From contig NW_027140807.1 of assembly GCF_036365525.1 (NCBI RefSeq), positions 558,001 through 622,000 of the forward strand: DNA of 64,000 nucleotides, given 5' to 3'. Of this stretch, positions 24,661 to 38,596 are shown piece by piece (position 1 is the first letter of the stretch; each line of letters opens with the position of its first letter). The notes under the pieces were generated by a model. It did not search any database, was not told where the DNA came from, and worked only from the letters and a program-made list of their open reading frames with translations. The stretch is from Heterodontus francisci (Eukaryota). The translations under genes were made by a program, and so were the position numbers.

Positions 24661-25760
24661 ACTATTCGGTAGATGGGTCAATTCACTGCTGCATTGCTTG
24701 CTCAGTCTTTTCAGAAGCAAGTGGGACTCAGGCTGCGGTGGAGCTCCATCCCCACCTCCTGGCTGTAACGTGTAACTACAGGCACCTGCGATTTGCACAT
24801 TGCAATTGATAAAATAGGCATTATGAAGACATGCTTTGCAATTGCTCCATCTTCCTCATTTTTATCCATTGCTTCAGCTGGTGACGCTGGTGACATCGTA
24901 TTAGATAGAACTTACAGCACAGATTCAGGCTATTCGGCCCCATGGGCCCATGTTTCAGACTAGTCTGGGGCAGATGGCGGTGTAGTTGTGATGTCACTGA
25001 GCTAGAAATCCAGAGGCCGGGGGGGGGGGTGTGGTGGTGGAGGGGGTGGGGGGAGGCGGATTCTCCAGGGGACATGCGTTCAAATCCCACCAGGTCAGAT
25101 GGCAGAATTTAAATTCGGAATCTAAGGAATTCTGGAAAATCATAGCCAGAGCCTCCACTATCTCTTTTAGAACTCAAGTATGAAATCCATCTGTTCCAGG
25201 GGACTTGTCAGATTTTATTCCCTGAAGTTTCTCCAAGACTTTTTCTCAATTGATATGAATATCCTTAATTTCCTCACTCTTTTTAGACCCCCACATTACT
25301 GTCTATTTCTGGTATGGAACTTGTGTCTTCAACTGTGAAGACAGGCACAAAATATTAGTTCAATTCCACTGCCATTTCCCCATTCCCCATGATAATTATT
25401 CCTGTCTTTACCTCTAAGGGACCAACGTCAACTTTAGCTACTCTCTTGCTTTTTATGTAAAAGCTCCTACCATCTGTTTTTATATTGCTGGTTAGTTTAT
25501 TCTCATATTTTATTCCAACATCCGATGAAAGAACATAAACAATGTCTTCACCCAGCCCTATCAGTATGAGGTGCTATTTCCTGCTCCCTAATGTTTTTAT
25601 CCAGCATCCATTTACATGTATCTGGTTGTGGGGAGTTAGAACATGGGAGTTCTGCGATTCGAACGGGCACTGAACAGATGCAGATCCGCATCCGATCAGC
25701 CAGGGCTGCTCTTCACCGAATGCTGGGTTAAATGCATCTGTTTGAAGGGAGACATGTGAG

Positions 25761-26533
25761 GGTTTTTGTCAAGGCGGCCAACGACTCTGAACCGTTGTGT
25801 CCCATCAGCAGCTGCACAGAAATACACCGCCTCGTCTTTGGCGTTCACACTCTCGATCGTCAGAGTGGATTTCTTATTTTCCAGAGTCCTCGTGATTGCA
25901 AATCCGCTCTTAAATCCATCTTCATATTGAGGTTCACCTGCTGCTAATGTAAACCCGATTAACAGGAATCCTCTGCCGGGGGACTGACGATACCAGTACA
26001 TGTTGTTGCGAACTGCTCCTTCCTGCAGACAGTTCATTTCCACGGGTCCTGGTTGTTTAACAGCCAGTGACTGAGGCCATTGATGTATCACATCACCCCG
26101 GCAAACACCTAGAAAGAGAAATTAGAGTGAATGAACTGGTATCGATGGAGTTACAATTGCGACGATGGACGTCGGTGTTGCACCGAATTAACGACGGAAA
26201 TTCGGTCTGTGTCCTAATTTCCTGCAAGCATCTGGATCTGTAACAACTGTAAAATAGAATTGTGGAATCCACAAGCTTGCAAGTGGGTGCAAACATTAAA
26301 GAGTTAACATCATATTAATAGCACTTGTCTTCCCGAACTGGGGGACAGATGAATGAGTTCACTGTCTGATATGAAATAATCGATTACTGATTTAACAAGT
26401 AATCGCTGCTCAGTTATATTGAGATCATTAATCATCCCTTTCTATTATCAAATGTAGAAGAGTGATTGGGACAGAGTGTTAACCTACTCAGCGCCAGAAG
26501 GGAAATAGCAAAGAGGATGAAACTGAAAGGCAT
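25761..26533 (-). CDS. TRBV: TRBV gene V2, potentially functional: leader 26488-26533 (MPFSFILFAISLLAL), V exon 25800-26108, 23-RSS 25761-25799
   Basis: IHQWP...C...WYRQ...VYFCAAADG; CACAACG-23bp-ACAAAAACC. Confidence 0.93.
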
Positions 26534-27320
26534 GTTTGCGGTGGATCTGAGAGACTTTCTGCTGGTTACTCTGGGTTTTAAGGGAGGGAGAGAGATGAGG
26601 TGTTGGCAGAGCGGATCGTCATAAGAGGAAGTTATCTCAAGGCAATGATCCCCGCCCCTACATTTAAGTTGTCCCCCATTCTTTTGCTTGCTTCTTTATG
26701 CCACCGTTTCCCTCTTTATTCTCTCCCCTTGCCTCCCCCCTCGTCACTTTCTGCTCCACTGTAAATATCCTCATTCTTATCTCTTTGTGAGCTTGCTTTC
26801 ACACCGAAGCCAGGTGATCTCTGAAGGTAACGAGGTGTTGGAGAAGGGGATTTGTCCCAATCCTTTCCCTCAGACAGCATAACGGCTCCCCACACTCCTC
26901 CTTCCACCCTTTCAGCTCTGCCCTTTAAAACCCCTTTTCACCCCGCTCCTCATGTACTTGTTAATATATGGAGGCAACAGTGAAGAGAGAGGCGAGGCAA
27001 TCATTGACATGGCATTATTGATAACTCAAAATGAGTTGAACTCTTCTACATTTACAGAGAGTAGGTCGACTAATCGATGTGAATGGTATATCATTTATCA
27101 AACGTCATGAAGTAAAGAATAGAGGCAGGTAGGTTAGTGGATGATAGATCGATAGACAGGTTGCAGACAGGTAGATGAGTGAAATGTATGCACAGATGCA
27201 GACAGACAGTTGTGTGTTTAGATAGACAGATTGATAAAGAGACATACAAGGAGACAGACAGAGTCACAGGCAGACAGAGAGACAGATCACTCTGCCACAG
27301 TTAATTCCTGTCTCCTTTGG

Positions 27321-28252
27321 GGTTTTTGTTGAACTGCTGTATTTCTCTGAGTCACTGTGTAAACTCCAGGCACACTAATACACGGCTGAGTGATTCTCCC
27401 ACAGGCCGGAGGACTCCAGGTAAAAGTGAGTGCTGTCAGGTCTCCTGGCGGTGAAACCGTCCACCTCACCGGAGGGGGTGACCATGTCGATGTAGTTAGA
27501 ATAGAAAAGGTCCTGAGGCTCACTGTCAGGGTGCCATCGGTACCAGTAGAAATACGAGTCAGCTGCTGCTTCAGTGCAAATACACTCGATGCTGACTGGA
27601 GATCCCGGGGAATGGGATATAGAAGGGGGAATCTGTTGGATCAGCACGGCTCCAACATCTGGAAAACACAAAGTGAGCAGAGAGGTGTTAAGAATGACAC
27701 ACCATGAAATGGTAAATGAATGGAGAGGTGGGAGTGTGTGTGAGAGAGAGACAGAGAGAGAGAGATTCGTGTTATAAAGACAGAAAAATAGAGAGGGAGA
27801 AAGAGTGAGTGAGAGAAAATGAGACATGCAGAAAGAGAGAGAGAGAGAGAGAGAGAGCATGACAGAAAGTTAAAGGTAAAACCAAGGGTAATCCATAGAA
27901 CAAAGAAAGGGAAAGAGTGAGAGAAAGAGAGAGAGAGAGGAAAGCAGACAGGGACAGGGAGAATGAGAAACGGACAAAAGGAGAGTCAGACTAGAAAAAG
28001 AAAGAAAAAAGAGGATAGGGAGAGAGAAAGTGTGAAAAAGATAGGAAGAAAAAGAGAGAGAGAGACCGAGTGATATATAAACCGATGCAGAGAGAATCTA
28101 CACAGCCAAACGGTGTTAATAAACCTCGGAGGGGGTTAAACCCCAAAGGCGACATTCGGGGAAGGATCAGTGAGGATCACTGTCATCTCCCAGTTCAGTT
28201 CCACCTTACCCCTTAACACCAGCAACACAACCCAGAGGTGAGACACAGTCAT
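27321..28252 (-). pseudogene. TRBV: TRBV pseudogene V3 (CAWS family): leader 28210-28252, V exon 27360-27658 with in-frame TAG in YYC motif, intact 23-RSS
   Basis: AVY*CAWSL (stop at 27375-27377); CACAGTG-23bp-ACAAAAACC. Confidence 0.92.
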
Positions 28253-28849
28253 CTCTGGAGGGAGACAGATCCATGTGTTCATGATGTGAAATCACTGAGC
28301 TGTTTTATTGCAGAATATCTCAATGTTCTGAGTGGGATTTACTGTCCCCTCCTCCCCACTGTTAAATGGTCGGATGGGAGGAGCAAATCTCTTTGTACTT
28401 GTTCATTGTCTCCCACGAGGGGACTGTACTTTTCTGGGGCGGGGTTAAACCAGGAGCTGAGTAATCGGCCGGGCTGTGTCCTCCCATTGATGGCGGGGAC
28501 TGGAGTTACTTTAAAACTGCAGCAACTCAGAGGATCCCTCTGAGATAGCAGTGATGTGAGGGAGTTAGGTAAGGGGAGTTACACTGTATGTCTGACATCC
28601 CGATCTAACCAGTGAATGGGAGATTTTACTCTGCACCTTATTGCTAGGTGATGGGTTTGCCTCTGTACCTAACCAATGCGTGATAGGCTTAACTCTGTAT
28701 CTAATCGGTATGTGATGGGATTGACTTTGTGGAAACATCCTCTGTAAATCTACCCTATCAATCAGTTCCATCATTTTATAGTATTCTAAGTTTGTCTCTC
28801 TGCTTCCCCCTGTCACATTCCCCCCAGCCTGAGCCCAGCCTGTTGTGAG

Positions 28850-29184
28850 GGTTTTTGTTTTAGGATATTCAGAAAATCGATCTTTGTCCTAATTTCCTAC
28901 AAGAACCTGGAACTATACAACTGTAAAATTAAATAATGGAATCTACATGCTTGCAAGTGGGTGGAATTATTAAAGTGTTAACATCATATTAGTAACACTT
29001 GGCTTCCCAAACCAGGGAACAGTTTAAAGACTTCACTATCTTATATTAAATGATTGATTGCTGATTTCACTGTTTTATTGAGATCATTAATCAGTTGATC
29101 AAATGTCGAAGAGTGATTGGAACAGAATTTTAAGCCAATCAGCGCCAGAAGGGAAATAGCAAAAATGATGAAATTGAATGGCAT
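28850..29184 (-). pseudogene. V2-family relic: leader (29139-29184, donor GT mutated to TT) plus intron, V exon absent; nonamer-like GGTTTTTGT at 28850
   Basis: Clear similarity to V2 leader/intron 26195-26533. Confidence 0.75.
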
Positions 29185-29899
29185 GTTTGGTGCGGATCTG
29201 AGACACTTTCAGTTGGTTACTCTGGTTTAATGGTGAGAGGCAGTTGTAGTTCACCTGGTGCAGAACGTCATTAAGAGGGTCCCGCCCCTAATTTTCAAGT
29301 TGTCCCCCATTCTTTTGTTTGCTTCCTTACGCCCCTTTCCACTTGTTTCTTGTCTCCATTTCCCTCCTTCCACCCCACTTTCTACTCTGCTGCAAATATC
29401 TTCACTCTCTTCCCTTTGTGAGCTTGCTTTCATGCCGAGGCGAGGGGAACTCTGAAAGTAGCGAGGTAGGTGAAAAAAACAAGGGGCGTTGCAACGATAG
29501 CTGCTTTGGGTCTCCAGAGGTAACTGTGCATGTCAGGGGATTATCAACATCCTTTTGCAAATTAAAATCAGTAGTGGAGGAAGAGAAGGTGGATAGTTCG
29601 ATGGCAGCCGAGGCGGCTCATATAACATCACTGCAAAGTGGCAATCTAACTGCGTTTGGCCTTTGAAGTGAAAAGATTGCAGAAGCAGAGGAATTGACTC
29701 ATTGATAAGCGGCGCCAAAGCCTGTGGTGGCGCGAAATATAGTGGAGCCACTGCGCCGACCAGTGGCAGCATGGTGCAACTGCAATAAGCTGTGTTTGTT
29801 ACTTTCCCAGTGAAACCCATGCTGTGGTCTTCTTCAAGTCACTTCCTGAAATTCATCCTCCTTCTCAGTGTTTCATCCTCTCCTGCCGAGGATTATTAC

Positions 29900-30241
29900 C
29901 CACAGAATTAACGATACAAATGCAGTCTTTGTCCTAATTTCCACCCAGTATCTGTGCAGATGTAAAGCAGAATAGTGGAATCTACATGGGTAGAAGTGGG
30001 TGTAGATGTTATATGGTAAACAGTATATTCGTAACACTTTTGTTGCCAAAGAAGGGGGAACAGTTTAATGAGTTCACTATCTTATATTCAATAATTGATT
30101 GCTGATTTCACAAGTCACCGCCGCACAGTCTTGTTGAGATCATTAATCAGTTGATCAAATGTAAAACAGTGAGTGTGACAGAATTCAAACATACTCAGCG
30201 ACAGAAGGAAAATAGCAAACGTCGATGAAATTGAATGGCAT
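29900..30241 (-). pseudogene. Second V2-family orphan leader (30195-30241, 47 nt, frameshifted) plus intron, no V exon
   Basis: Similarity to V2 leader/intron; GTATGT donor retained. Confidence 0.75.
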
Positions 30242-30289
30242 GTTTGCGGCGGATCTAAGACACTTTCTGCTGGTTGCTCTGGATTTAAG

Positions 30290-31890
30290 GGAGCGAAGCT
30301 GAGGGAGGAAACATTAATGGGATTAGCATCCTTGAAAGTTGATAAATCACCAGGGCCAGATGAAATGAATCCGAGGCTGCAAAAAGAAACAAGAGAAGAT
30401 ATAGCAGAGGGTCTGACCATCTTTTTGCAGGTGTGGTGCCGGAGGATTGGAGAATTGTTAATGTTGTGCCTCCGTTTCAAAAGGCAGAGAAGGATAGACT
30501 GACTACTTACAGTCCAGTCAGTCTGACCTCAGTAATGAGCAAATTATTGCAATCTATTCTGGGAGACAGAATAAACTGTCACTTAGAAAGGCACAGATTA
30601 ATCCAGCATAGTCAGCATAGATTTGTTAAGGGACGATGTTGTTTGATCAATTTGATCGAATTTTTTGAAGAAGTAACAAGGAAGATAGATGAGGGTAGAG
30701 CAGTTGACGTGGTCTACCTGGATTTTAGCCAAGCTTTTGAAAAGGCTGCACATGACAGACTGGTTAAAAAAAAAAAACAAAATCCCATGGGATCCAGGGA
30801 AATGCAGCAAGGTGGATACAAAATTGGCTCAGTCCCAGGAAAAAAAGGGTAATTGTTGATGGGTGTTTTAGCGACTGGAAGGCTGTTTGCAGTGGCGTTG
30901 CACAGGGCTCAGTACTGGGTTCCCTGCTTTTTGTGGTATTTATTAACGGTTTGGATGTAAATGTAGGGGGGCATAATCCAAATGTATGTAGATAACACAA
31001 GGATTAGCCGTGTGGTAGATCGCGAGGTGGATAGCTGTAGGCTGCAGGAAGATATTAATGGTCTTGTCAGATGGGCAGAACAGTGGCAAATGGAATCCAA
31101 CTTGGAGAGGTGTGAGGTGATGCATTTGGGGAGGTCAAACAAGGCAAAGGAATACACGATAAATGGGAAAATACTGAGAAGTGCAGAGGAAGTGAGGGAC
31201 CTTGCAGTGAATGTCTACAGATCCCTGAAGGTAACAGGACAGGTCGATAAGGTGGTTAAGAAGGCATATGGAATCCTTTCCTTCATTAGCTGAGGTATAG
31301 AATACAAGAGCGGGGAGGTTATGCTGGAACTGCATAACTCATTGGTTAGGCCACAACTTGAGTATGTGTGAAGTTCTGGTCACCTCATTACAGAAAGAAT
31401 GTAATTGCACTAGAGAGGTTACAAAGGAGATTAACAAGCATGTTTCCCGAACTGAAAATGCAGCTATGAGGAAAGATTGGATAGGCCGGGGTTGTTCTCC
31501 TTGGAACAGAGAAAGCTGCGGGGAGATCTGATTGAAATGTACAAAATATTGAAGGGGCCTGGATAGAGTGCATGTGAAGGGTCTATTCACCTTGGCAGAG
31601 AGGTCAGTGATGAGGGACCATAGATTTAAAGTGATTGGTAGAAGAATTAGAGGGGAGATAAGGAAAATCATTTTTCACCCAGAGGGTGGTGATGGTCTGG
31701 AACTCACTGCCTGAAAGGGTAGTTGAGGCAGAGACCCTCAACTCATTCAAAAGGAGTCTGGATTTGCACCTCAAGTGCTGTAATCTGCAGGACCAAATGC
31801 TGGAAGGTGTGATTAGAATAGGTGGATCGTTTTTCGGCCGGCACTGATGTGATGGGCCAAGTGGCCTCTTTCTGTGCCTTAAACCTTCTA
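30290..31890 (+). mobile_element. CR1 LINE ORF2 (RT) to 3' end, frameshifted
   Basis: ORFs KSPGPD, PEDWRIVNVVP, YSPVSLTS, YLDFSQAF, WQMESN homologous to intact CR1 ORF2. Confidence 0.93.
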
Positions 31891-32029
31891 TGAGACTATT
31901 GGAGTGATAGAGTGTATGTGAAAGTGCCAAGGAATGAGAGAGAGACAGAGTCACAGAGGATGATATGGAGAAAAACAGTTAGAGAAAAAGAGAGGCAGTG
32001 ATAGAGATAGATGGACAGAGGGAGAAAAA

Positions 32030-32652
32030 GATATGCCTGTCTGTCTATCTATATAGCTATCTATCTATCTATCACTGTAGCTATCTGTCTATCTTTCTCT
32101 CTATCTATCTTTCTGCATGGCTGTGTGTCTGTCTCTCTATCTGTGTCAGTTTGTCTCTCTATCTGTATGAATCCGTCTGTCTGTCTACCTACCTATCTTT
32201 TTGTCTGTCTGTCTTCATATTTACCTATTTGCATATCTGTCTGTCTATCTATCTATTTGACCATTTGCCTATCTATCTGTCTACCTATCTGTCTGTCTAT
32301 CAATCAATCTGTCTGTCAATCGATCTATCTGTCTGCCTAGCTGTCTACCCATCTGTCTTTCTATTTATCTGTCTGTAATCTATCTATCTAATGTCNNNNN
32401 NNNNNNNNNNNNNNNNNNNNNNNNNNNNNNNNNNNNNNNNNNNNNNNNNNNNNNNNNNNNNNNNNNNNNNNNNNNNNNNNNNNNNNNNNNNNNNNNNNNN
32501 NNNNNNNNNNNNNNNNNNNNNNNNNNNNNNNNNNNNNNNTGTCTATCGATCTATCTGTCTGTCTATCTATCTGCCATCTGCCTTTCTACCTTCCTAGCTA
32601 TCTATCTGCCTGTCTATCTGTCGATCTAATGTCTGCCTGTCTGCCTTCCTAC

Positions 32653-32718
<66 letters not shown>

Positions 32719-32932
32719 GTCTATCTACCAATCTGTCTGTCTGTCGATCTATCTGCCTGTCTATCGATCAAATGTCTGTCTATCTATCTATCTGTCTATC
32801 TATCTATCTATCTATCTATCTAATGGCAGTCTCTCTGCCTTCCTAGCTATCTATCTGTCTGTCTGTCTATCTAATGTCTGTCTGTCTGCCTTCCTAGCTA
32901 CCTATCTGTCTGTCTATCGATCTATCTGTCGG

Positions 32933-33000
<68 letters not shown>

Positions 33001-33040
33001 ATGTCTGTCTGTCTGCCTTCCTAGCTATCTATCTGCCTCT
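32030..33040. repeat. (TATC/TGTC)n microsatellite block containing an N gap (32396-32540)
   Basis: Direct inspection. Confidence 0.95.
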
Positions 33041-33344
33041 TTATGCTGCCTATTGCATGGTGCAGCACACCAATTGGCTTCCGTGTTTTAAGTACACTGT
33101 TCTCTGAAATGACCTAGCAAACTCTTCAGTTATCTACAAGGCATCAAGCACCTTCTCCAGGGCAATGAGTGATGATGAATAACTACTGACTTTCTCAGAC
33201 CCAGGCACCCAGAATGAATAAAAAAAAAATTAAAGCAAGAGAAGAGATAGCAGAGGATCTGACCATCATTTTCCAGTTGTTAATTGGCTGTTTTGGGGCA
33301 TCTTGAAGTCGTGGAAGACCTTAAATATATATATCTTTTCTTAT

Positions 33345-33872
33345 TCGTTCATGGGACGTGAATTTCTTTTGCAAGGCCAGCAATTATTTCACAAAACTGA
33401 TTGTCCTTGAGAAGGTGGTGGTGAGCTGCCTTCTTGAACCGCTGCAGTACATGTTGGATAGGTACTCCCACAGTGCTGTTAGGAAGGGAGTTCCAGGATT
33501 TTGACCCAGTGACAGTGAAGAAACGGCGATATAGTTCCAAGTCAGGATGGTGTATGACTTGGAGGGGAACTTGCAGGTGGTGGTGTTCCCATGAGTCTAC
33601 TGCCCTTGCCCTTCTAGGTGATGGAGTTGGTGGGTTTGGAGGGTGCTGTCTAAGGACACTCGATGCTTTGCTACAGTGTATCATGTCGATGGTACACACT
33701 GATTCCACTGTGGTGTAGGAAGTGTGTGTTGAAGGTGGTATATGGGGTGCTGATCAAGCGAGCTGCTTTTTTCCTGACTGGTGTTGAGCTCCTTGAGTGT
33801 TGTTGGAGCTGCATCCATCCAGGCAGGTGGAGAGTATTCCATCACACTCCTGACTTGTGCCTTGCAGATGAT
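33345..33872 (-). mobile_element. LINE 3' fragment (CR1/L2-clade, same family as 47055-47590)
   Basis: ORFs KAQVRSVMEYSPPAW and SKSWNSLPNS...FKKAAHHHLL. Confidence 0.85.
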
Positions 33873-33990
33873 TGATACTCTATACATCACTTCACAATGG
33901 TGATATTAACTATCTGTCTTATTTACATCATTAATTAACCTTTTAATTAATCAAGTATAGGACAGCGACTGTGACTCAGTTTTAACATAC

Positions 33991-34707
33991 TCAGTGCCAG
34001 AAATTAAACAGTGCAGACGAGGACCTTGAAATTTTGCAGGGGATTAGGGTGAGCCCCTGCCCGGCATACTGCCGATACCACAGCATAATGCTCTTTCTAC
34101 TGTCATAATGGTAACAGCTTAATTCTGCTGGTTCGCCTCCCTTCACTGCCACCAGAGTTGGCCAATGGTGTATCACCTCTGCTAGAGTTTTGCCTTGAGA
34201 AATAAGGAGAATAGTTAAAAAAGTTTAGAACATATTGTGACATTTGATAACCAACTATAACTGTCCAAATAGATAAGTAGGTAATACTAGATAACTATAT
34301 AGGCAGACAATATATAGTTAAATGATATATTTGTAGATATATAGATAATAAACAGATAGATATAGAGATTGAAAAATAATGTAGCAAGTGATATGAGACA
34401 GACAAATTAACCCAGAATTCGGGCAAACTTATCGGTTAAAGATAGCTGTAGTCGCGTCACGAATATATAAGTAACTTTTATTCAGTCAAAAATTTCATTA
34501 AGTAAATATTATTTACAGTGAAAGTAAAGTATGTAGTTTAAGAAATGACAGAAAATCGACTGCAATGATGTTTTATCAATCTAGTTTGATAGAAGTTAGT
34601 AGTGAATGAAAACACAGCATGTATTTTAGCACAGGTGTCTTTATGAACAATGAATCCCTACATGGAAGAAGAGAACAGACGATTAGGAAGAGTTTGACTA
34701 ACTGCAT
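33991..34707 (-). pseudogene. TRBV: Truncated TRBV: leader 34662-34707 (MQLVKLFLIVCSLLP), V exon from 34193 truncated after FR2 (~34040) and fused to a dead leader of another V (33991-34039); no RSS
   Basis: VIHHWPTLVAV...LSC...WYRQYAGQGLTLI followed by leader-like ...TTTCTGGCACTGA|GTATGT. Confidence 0.82.
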
Positions 34708-35695
34708 CCTGCAGACTGGGGGCTGAATCTGTTCATGAATCAATATCAGGCGGCTGAAGATAAAGCAGAGAGTGGAAATGGCAGCACTGGAAACAGGGTT
34801 TCCTTCTGACCCCTCACTTCTGGGTAGGACAGAATCATAACACCCCCTGGTCGGAAGGAGCTTGAATAAGGAACTGCTTCCCGTCTGTATCTGGCTCTCG
34901 TTGCTTGTGTCTGATTGGTGTTGTGTCGGGGAGCTCTTTCGAACAGCTGGGCCAGGCTCGATGGGCTGAATGGCCTCAGCACTGCTGTATGATTCTATAA
35001 ATATATAAGACGCATCAAGTTGCTTGTTTGTATTAGGCAGATAAATATTTATTTTCCCTGTGCGAAACGACAATTCAAGGGCTGTGTTTTACATTGGGGT
35101 GAAATCTTAGATACTTTGAAAAGCGACAGTGTCATGAAGAAGTGGGTTAACTGTTTTAAACAGATGCTCAAACCGCCGTCAGGAGGCAGGTGTTCCAGTG
35201 AGAGACCTATCTGGGGAGGTGTCTCACTTTTGCATTGTGTGAGTCATTGGGGACATGTACAAGAGGGAGCTATGTGTAACTCTTGTCAAAAACCACAGAC
35301 AGCTCATTCAACAGGACCATGAACCCATTTACCCCACCTCGGAATCTGTTCTTGACAGGTAGAGGCTGCCTGAACGAGAAGGATCTGAGCACATTGCTGC
35401 AGCATTTTTAATAATTCATAATGTATTGATGTACTCTGAGTCGAAGGAGAGCAAGAATATGACACTATCAGTAAAATACAAATCATGATAGATCAATAAT
35501 TAAACTAGTATTGTGTAAATAATGGTGTTCGATAGATGATAAACGTCAGATATATGGTGGATGCATATTTTGAGAGGTGAGAGACAGGTAGATAAATCGA
35601 GGACAAATATATATATATGATGAAGATAAATAGATAGATAAATGGTGCAATATAAACAAAACTGGACAGAGAGACAGATAGATAAATAGATAGAG

Positions 35696-35727
<32 letters not shown>

Positions 35728-35843
35728 GGATGAATGCAGAGACGCACAAAGAGACACAGAAACTCGCAGATAGTCAGAGAGACAGAAAGACAGTGAGATA
35801 GACAGACAGGTTTATCTCCCACAATTGCTTTCCTCCCCTTTAG

Positions 35844-36317
35844 AGTTTTTGCTGAACTCCGGCGCTTTTCTGAGTCACTGTGCTGACTCCAGGCACAGTA
35901 ATACACGGCTGATTGGTTCGCCCTCAAGCTGGAGGACTCCAGGTAAAAATGGGTGTAGTCGGGTCTCCTGGCGGTGAAACCGTCCACCTCACCGGAGGGA
36001 ATGACCGTTCCAGCGAGGTTGGAATAGAAAAGGTTCTCGGGATCATGGTCCAGATGCCACCGGTACCAGTAGAAATAGGAGCCAGCATCTGCCTTTGTGT
36101 AAACGCACTGGATGCTGACTGGAGAGCCTGGGGAATGGGATATGGAAGCAGGAGTCTGTTGGATCAACACGGCCCCCACATCTGTAAATCAGAGAGAGAG
36201 AGAAAGAGATTTACCCAGGGACATTGTCTACATCGTTACAAACAAGAAGAGGTAGAAGTGGGCAGAGAGAGAGAGAGAGCGCGCGCTGGGGACCAGTTAG
36301 AGGCAGAGAGGCAGAGA

Positions 36318-36358
<41 letters not shown>

Positions 36359-36512
36359 AGACAGAGAAAGAAATATAGAGGGAGAAGGAGAGAGACAAAG
36401 ACAGACAGAGACTGAGAAGCAGAGACACATGTACATCATTGTAACCTCACAGTTCAGACACCTCCTTACCCGTGAACACCAACAACACAACCCAGAGCTG
36501 AGAGACAGCCAT
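35844..36512 (-). CDS. TRBV: TRBV gene V4 (CAWS family), potentially functional: leader 36470-36512, V exon 35883-36181, 23-RSS
   Basis: Open V domain ending YYCAWSQ; CACAGTG-23bp-GCAAAAACT. Confidence 0.93.
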
Positions 36513-37668
36513 CTCTGGAGGGTAAAGGATCCGTGTGGTTTTGTATGAAATGACTGAACACTTTTATTGTAGAGTATCTCAAAGTTCTGGGCACTGACTG
36601 AAATTCCCTCTCCATCACTTTATCATTCAGATAGGCGGGACCCAGTTTTCTTTCATTTCCGGGGTAGACTCCTGGTAATCGCTTTCTGGAACTGCAGTTC
36701 TGTTTCATTGACATCTGCAGCCCGATCATTCGGATCCCTGTCCAAATATGTGCACACAGTACTCCAGGTGTGTTCTCACCAAGACCCAATACAAGTGTAA
36801 TATGACTTCCTTATTCTTGTACTCCCATCCCCCATGAAACAAAGACCAACATGCCTGTAATTCAACAGAAGCACTTCATTGGCTGTAGAACTCCTTGGGA
36901 AGTTCCAGATCGGCTTTCCAACTTTCTCCCCTCTTTCAGATACTGATGTTGACTATATAGAACTGCAGACAATATAGAACACAGCATCAGGTGAACGGAT
37001 CTATACAGGTGTTGATGTTCCACAGATACATCCTTTCATCCCTCTTTATCTCATCTTCTCAGCATCTCCTGTCAATCCTTTCTGCCTCGTATGTCTACTG
37101 GTTTCCCACTGAATACTATTTACCTCCACCACTGCCTGTGGTGGTGAGTTCCCCATTCTCACCAATCTCTGGGGAATGAAGTTTGTCCTGAATTTGGATT
37201 TTTAGTGACTATTTTATACCTTGTAATTCTGGTCTTGGGCCTCAAGTGAAAATATCTTCTCTACGTATACCCTATCAAACCTATTAATAATATTAAAGAC
37301 TTCTTATCTGGGCACCCCTCATTTCTAGAGAAGGACCCCAGCCTGTTCGATCTTTACTGCTATGTATAATTATACCGTGATCTAAATGTGGTCTAACCAA
37401 TGTATATAGACGCCAGAACTGTGCACAGTGCTCCAGTTGTGATCTAACCAATGTATAGTGCACAGTTCTCCAAATGAAGTCGAACCAAGGTATGAGGAGA
37501 CCTGAAATGTTGACAGTGCACCCAGTGTGTTTTAGCCAAGGAGGTTGGAGACCAAAAATGTGCAAATTCCAATTTTGGAACCCAGGTTCTTGATGATAAA
37601 ACTGTGGATCAGGCCCTGCTCTTTGAGTTCTTGGGAAAATTACGTGAGTTTGAGGTCAGTCTGTGTGT

Positions 37669-38596
37669 GGTTCTTTGTGTCGACAGTGGATAACTCTGAA
37701 CTGCTTTGTCCCGTCAGTCACTGCTCATAAATACACCTCCACATTGACCTTACCTTGGAGAACCGACAGTAGACACCTCAAAGCACAGAAGAAGTAACAC
37801 CAGAGGTGCCTCCGCATTATCCTACAACTCCAGTGGCAAGACAGGTAGTCTAACAGCATCGTGCTCTCCCAAACCAACCTGCCTCGTGTCAGGGCGTGAA
37901 ACACCCCACACCAGCTCCACTGGCTGGGACATGTCATTCACATTCCTGCCACCAGACTCCCCAAAGCAACTGTTCTACTCAGAACTTGGTCGTGGCAGGA
38001 GACTCCCAGGAGGATAGCGGAAAGGCTTTAGAGGTGTCCTCACAGCATCCCTGGAGAGATGAAACATCCGCATCGACTACTGGGGGACCCAGGCTCCAGA
38101 CCATCCCAGATGGAGAAAGGACATACAGGAAGGCATTGGGCACCTCGAGGAACTTAAGGAACATGCAGAGGTAAGGCCGAGGCATCGGAGGGAGCGCACA
38201 CACCTGCAAACTAATCACCTACCTGATCCTACAAGCACCACCTGCCCCTCATGTGACAGAGTCTGCAGATCATGCACTGGACTCATCAGCCATCTCAGAA
38301 CCCATTGAACCGGAGTGGAAGCAAGTCAACCTCAACCCTGGGGAACTGTCTAAGAAGGTGAACTCTCTCCAGCTTCCGTGTTAATTTATTATTTTGCAAT
38401 GTTCTGCAAAAGCGAACCCGCTCTTAAAACCTCAACATACTGAGTTTCACCTCATCAATGAACAGACCTGATTAATGCAGCCCCTCCACCGGCGGATTGT
38501 GGATATCACAACATGTCAGTGTGAAGCCTTCTGTTCTGAAAACTGTCTCTCACTTAATCACATGAAGTGAGCACCAGATCTCCCGTTATTCCACCT
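37669..38596 (-). pseudogene. TRBV: Highly decayed V2-family V pseudogene split in FR3 by an RTE LINE fragment
   Basis: 37669-37750 aligns by eye with V2 RSS/3' end, 38358-38596 with V2 exon (ccgctcttaaa...cata.tgag.ttcacct), and 38690-38810 with V2 intron. Confidence 0.75.
37752..38357 (+). mobile_element. RTE-clade LINE 3' fragment
   Basis: Degenerate ORF ...HQRCLRIIL...LPKQLFYSEL...CPSCDRVCRSCTGLISHLRTH; ends in (AAG) tail. Confidence 0.78.

Noticed and set aside
28850-28875. Germline RAG-mediated joint
   Set aside because: Heptamer and spacer are missing, and no fused heptamers or joined D/J are present
31998-32823. Hydrophobic LSIY-rich ORFs (also 60213-63296 SL-rich ORFs)
   Set aside because: Microsatellite and low-complexity translations
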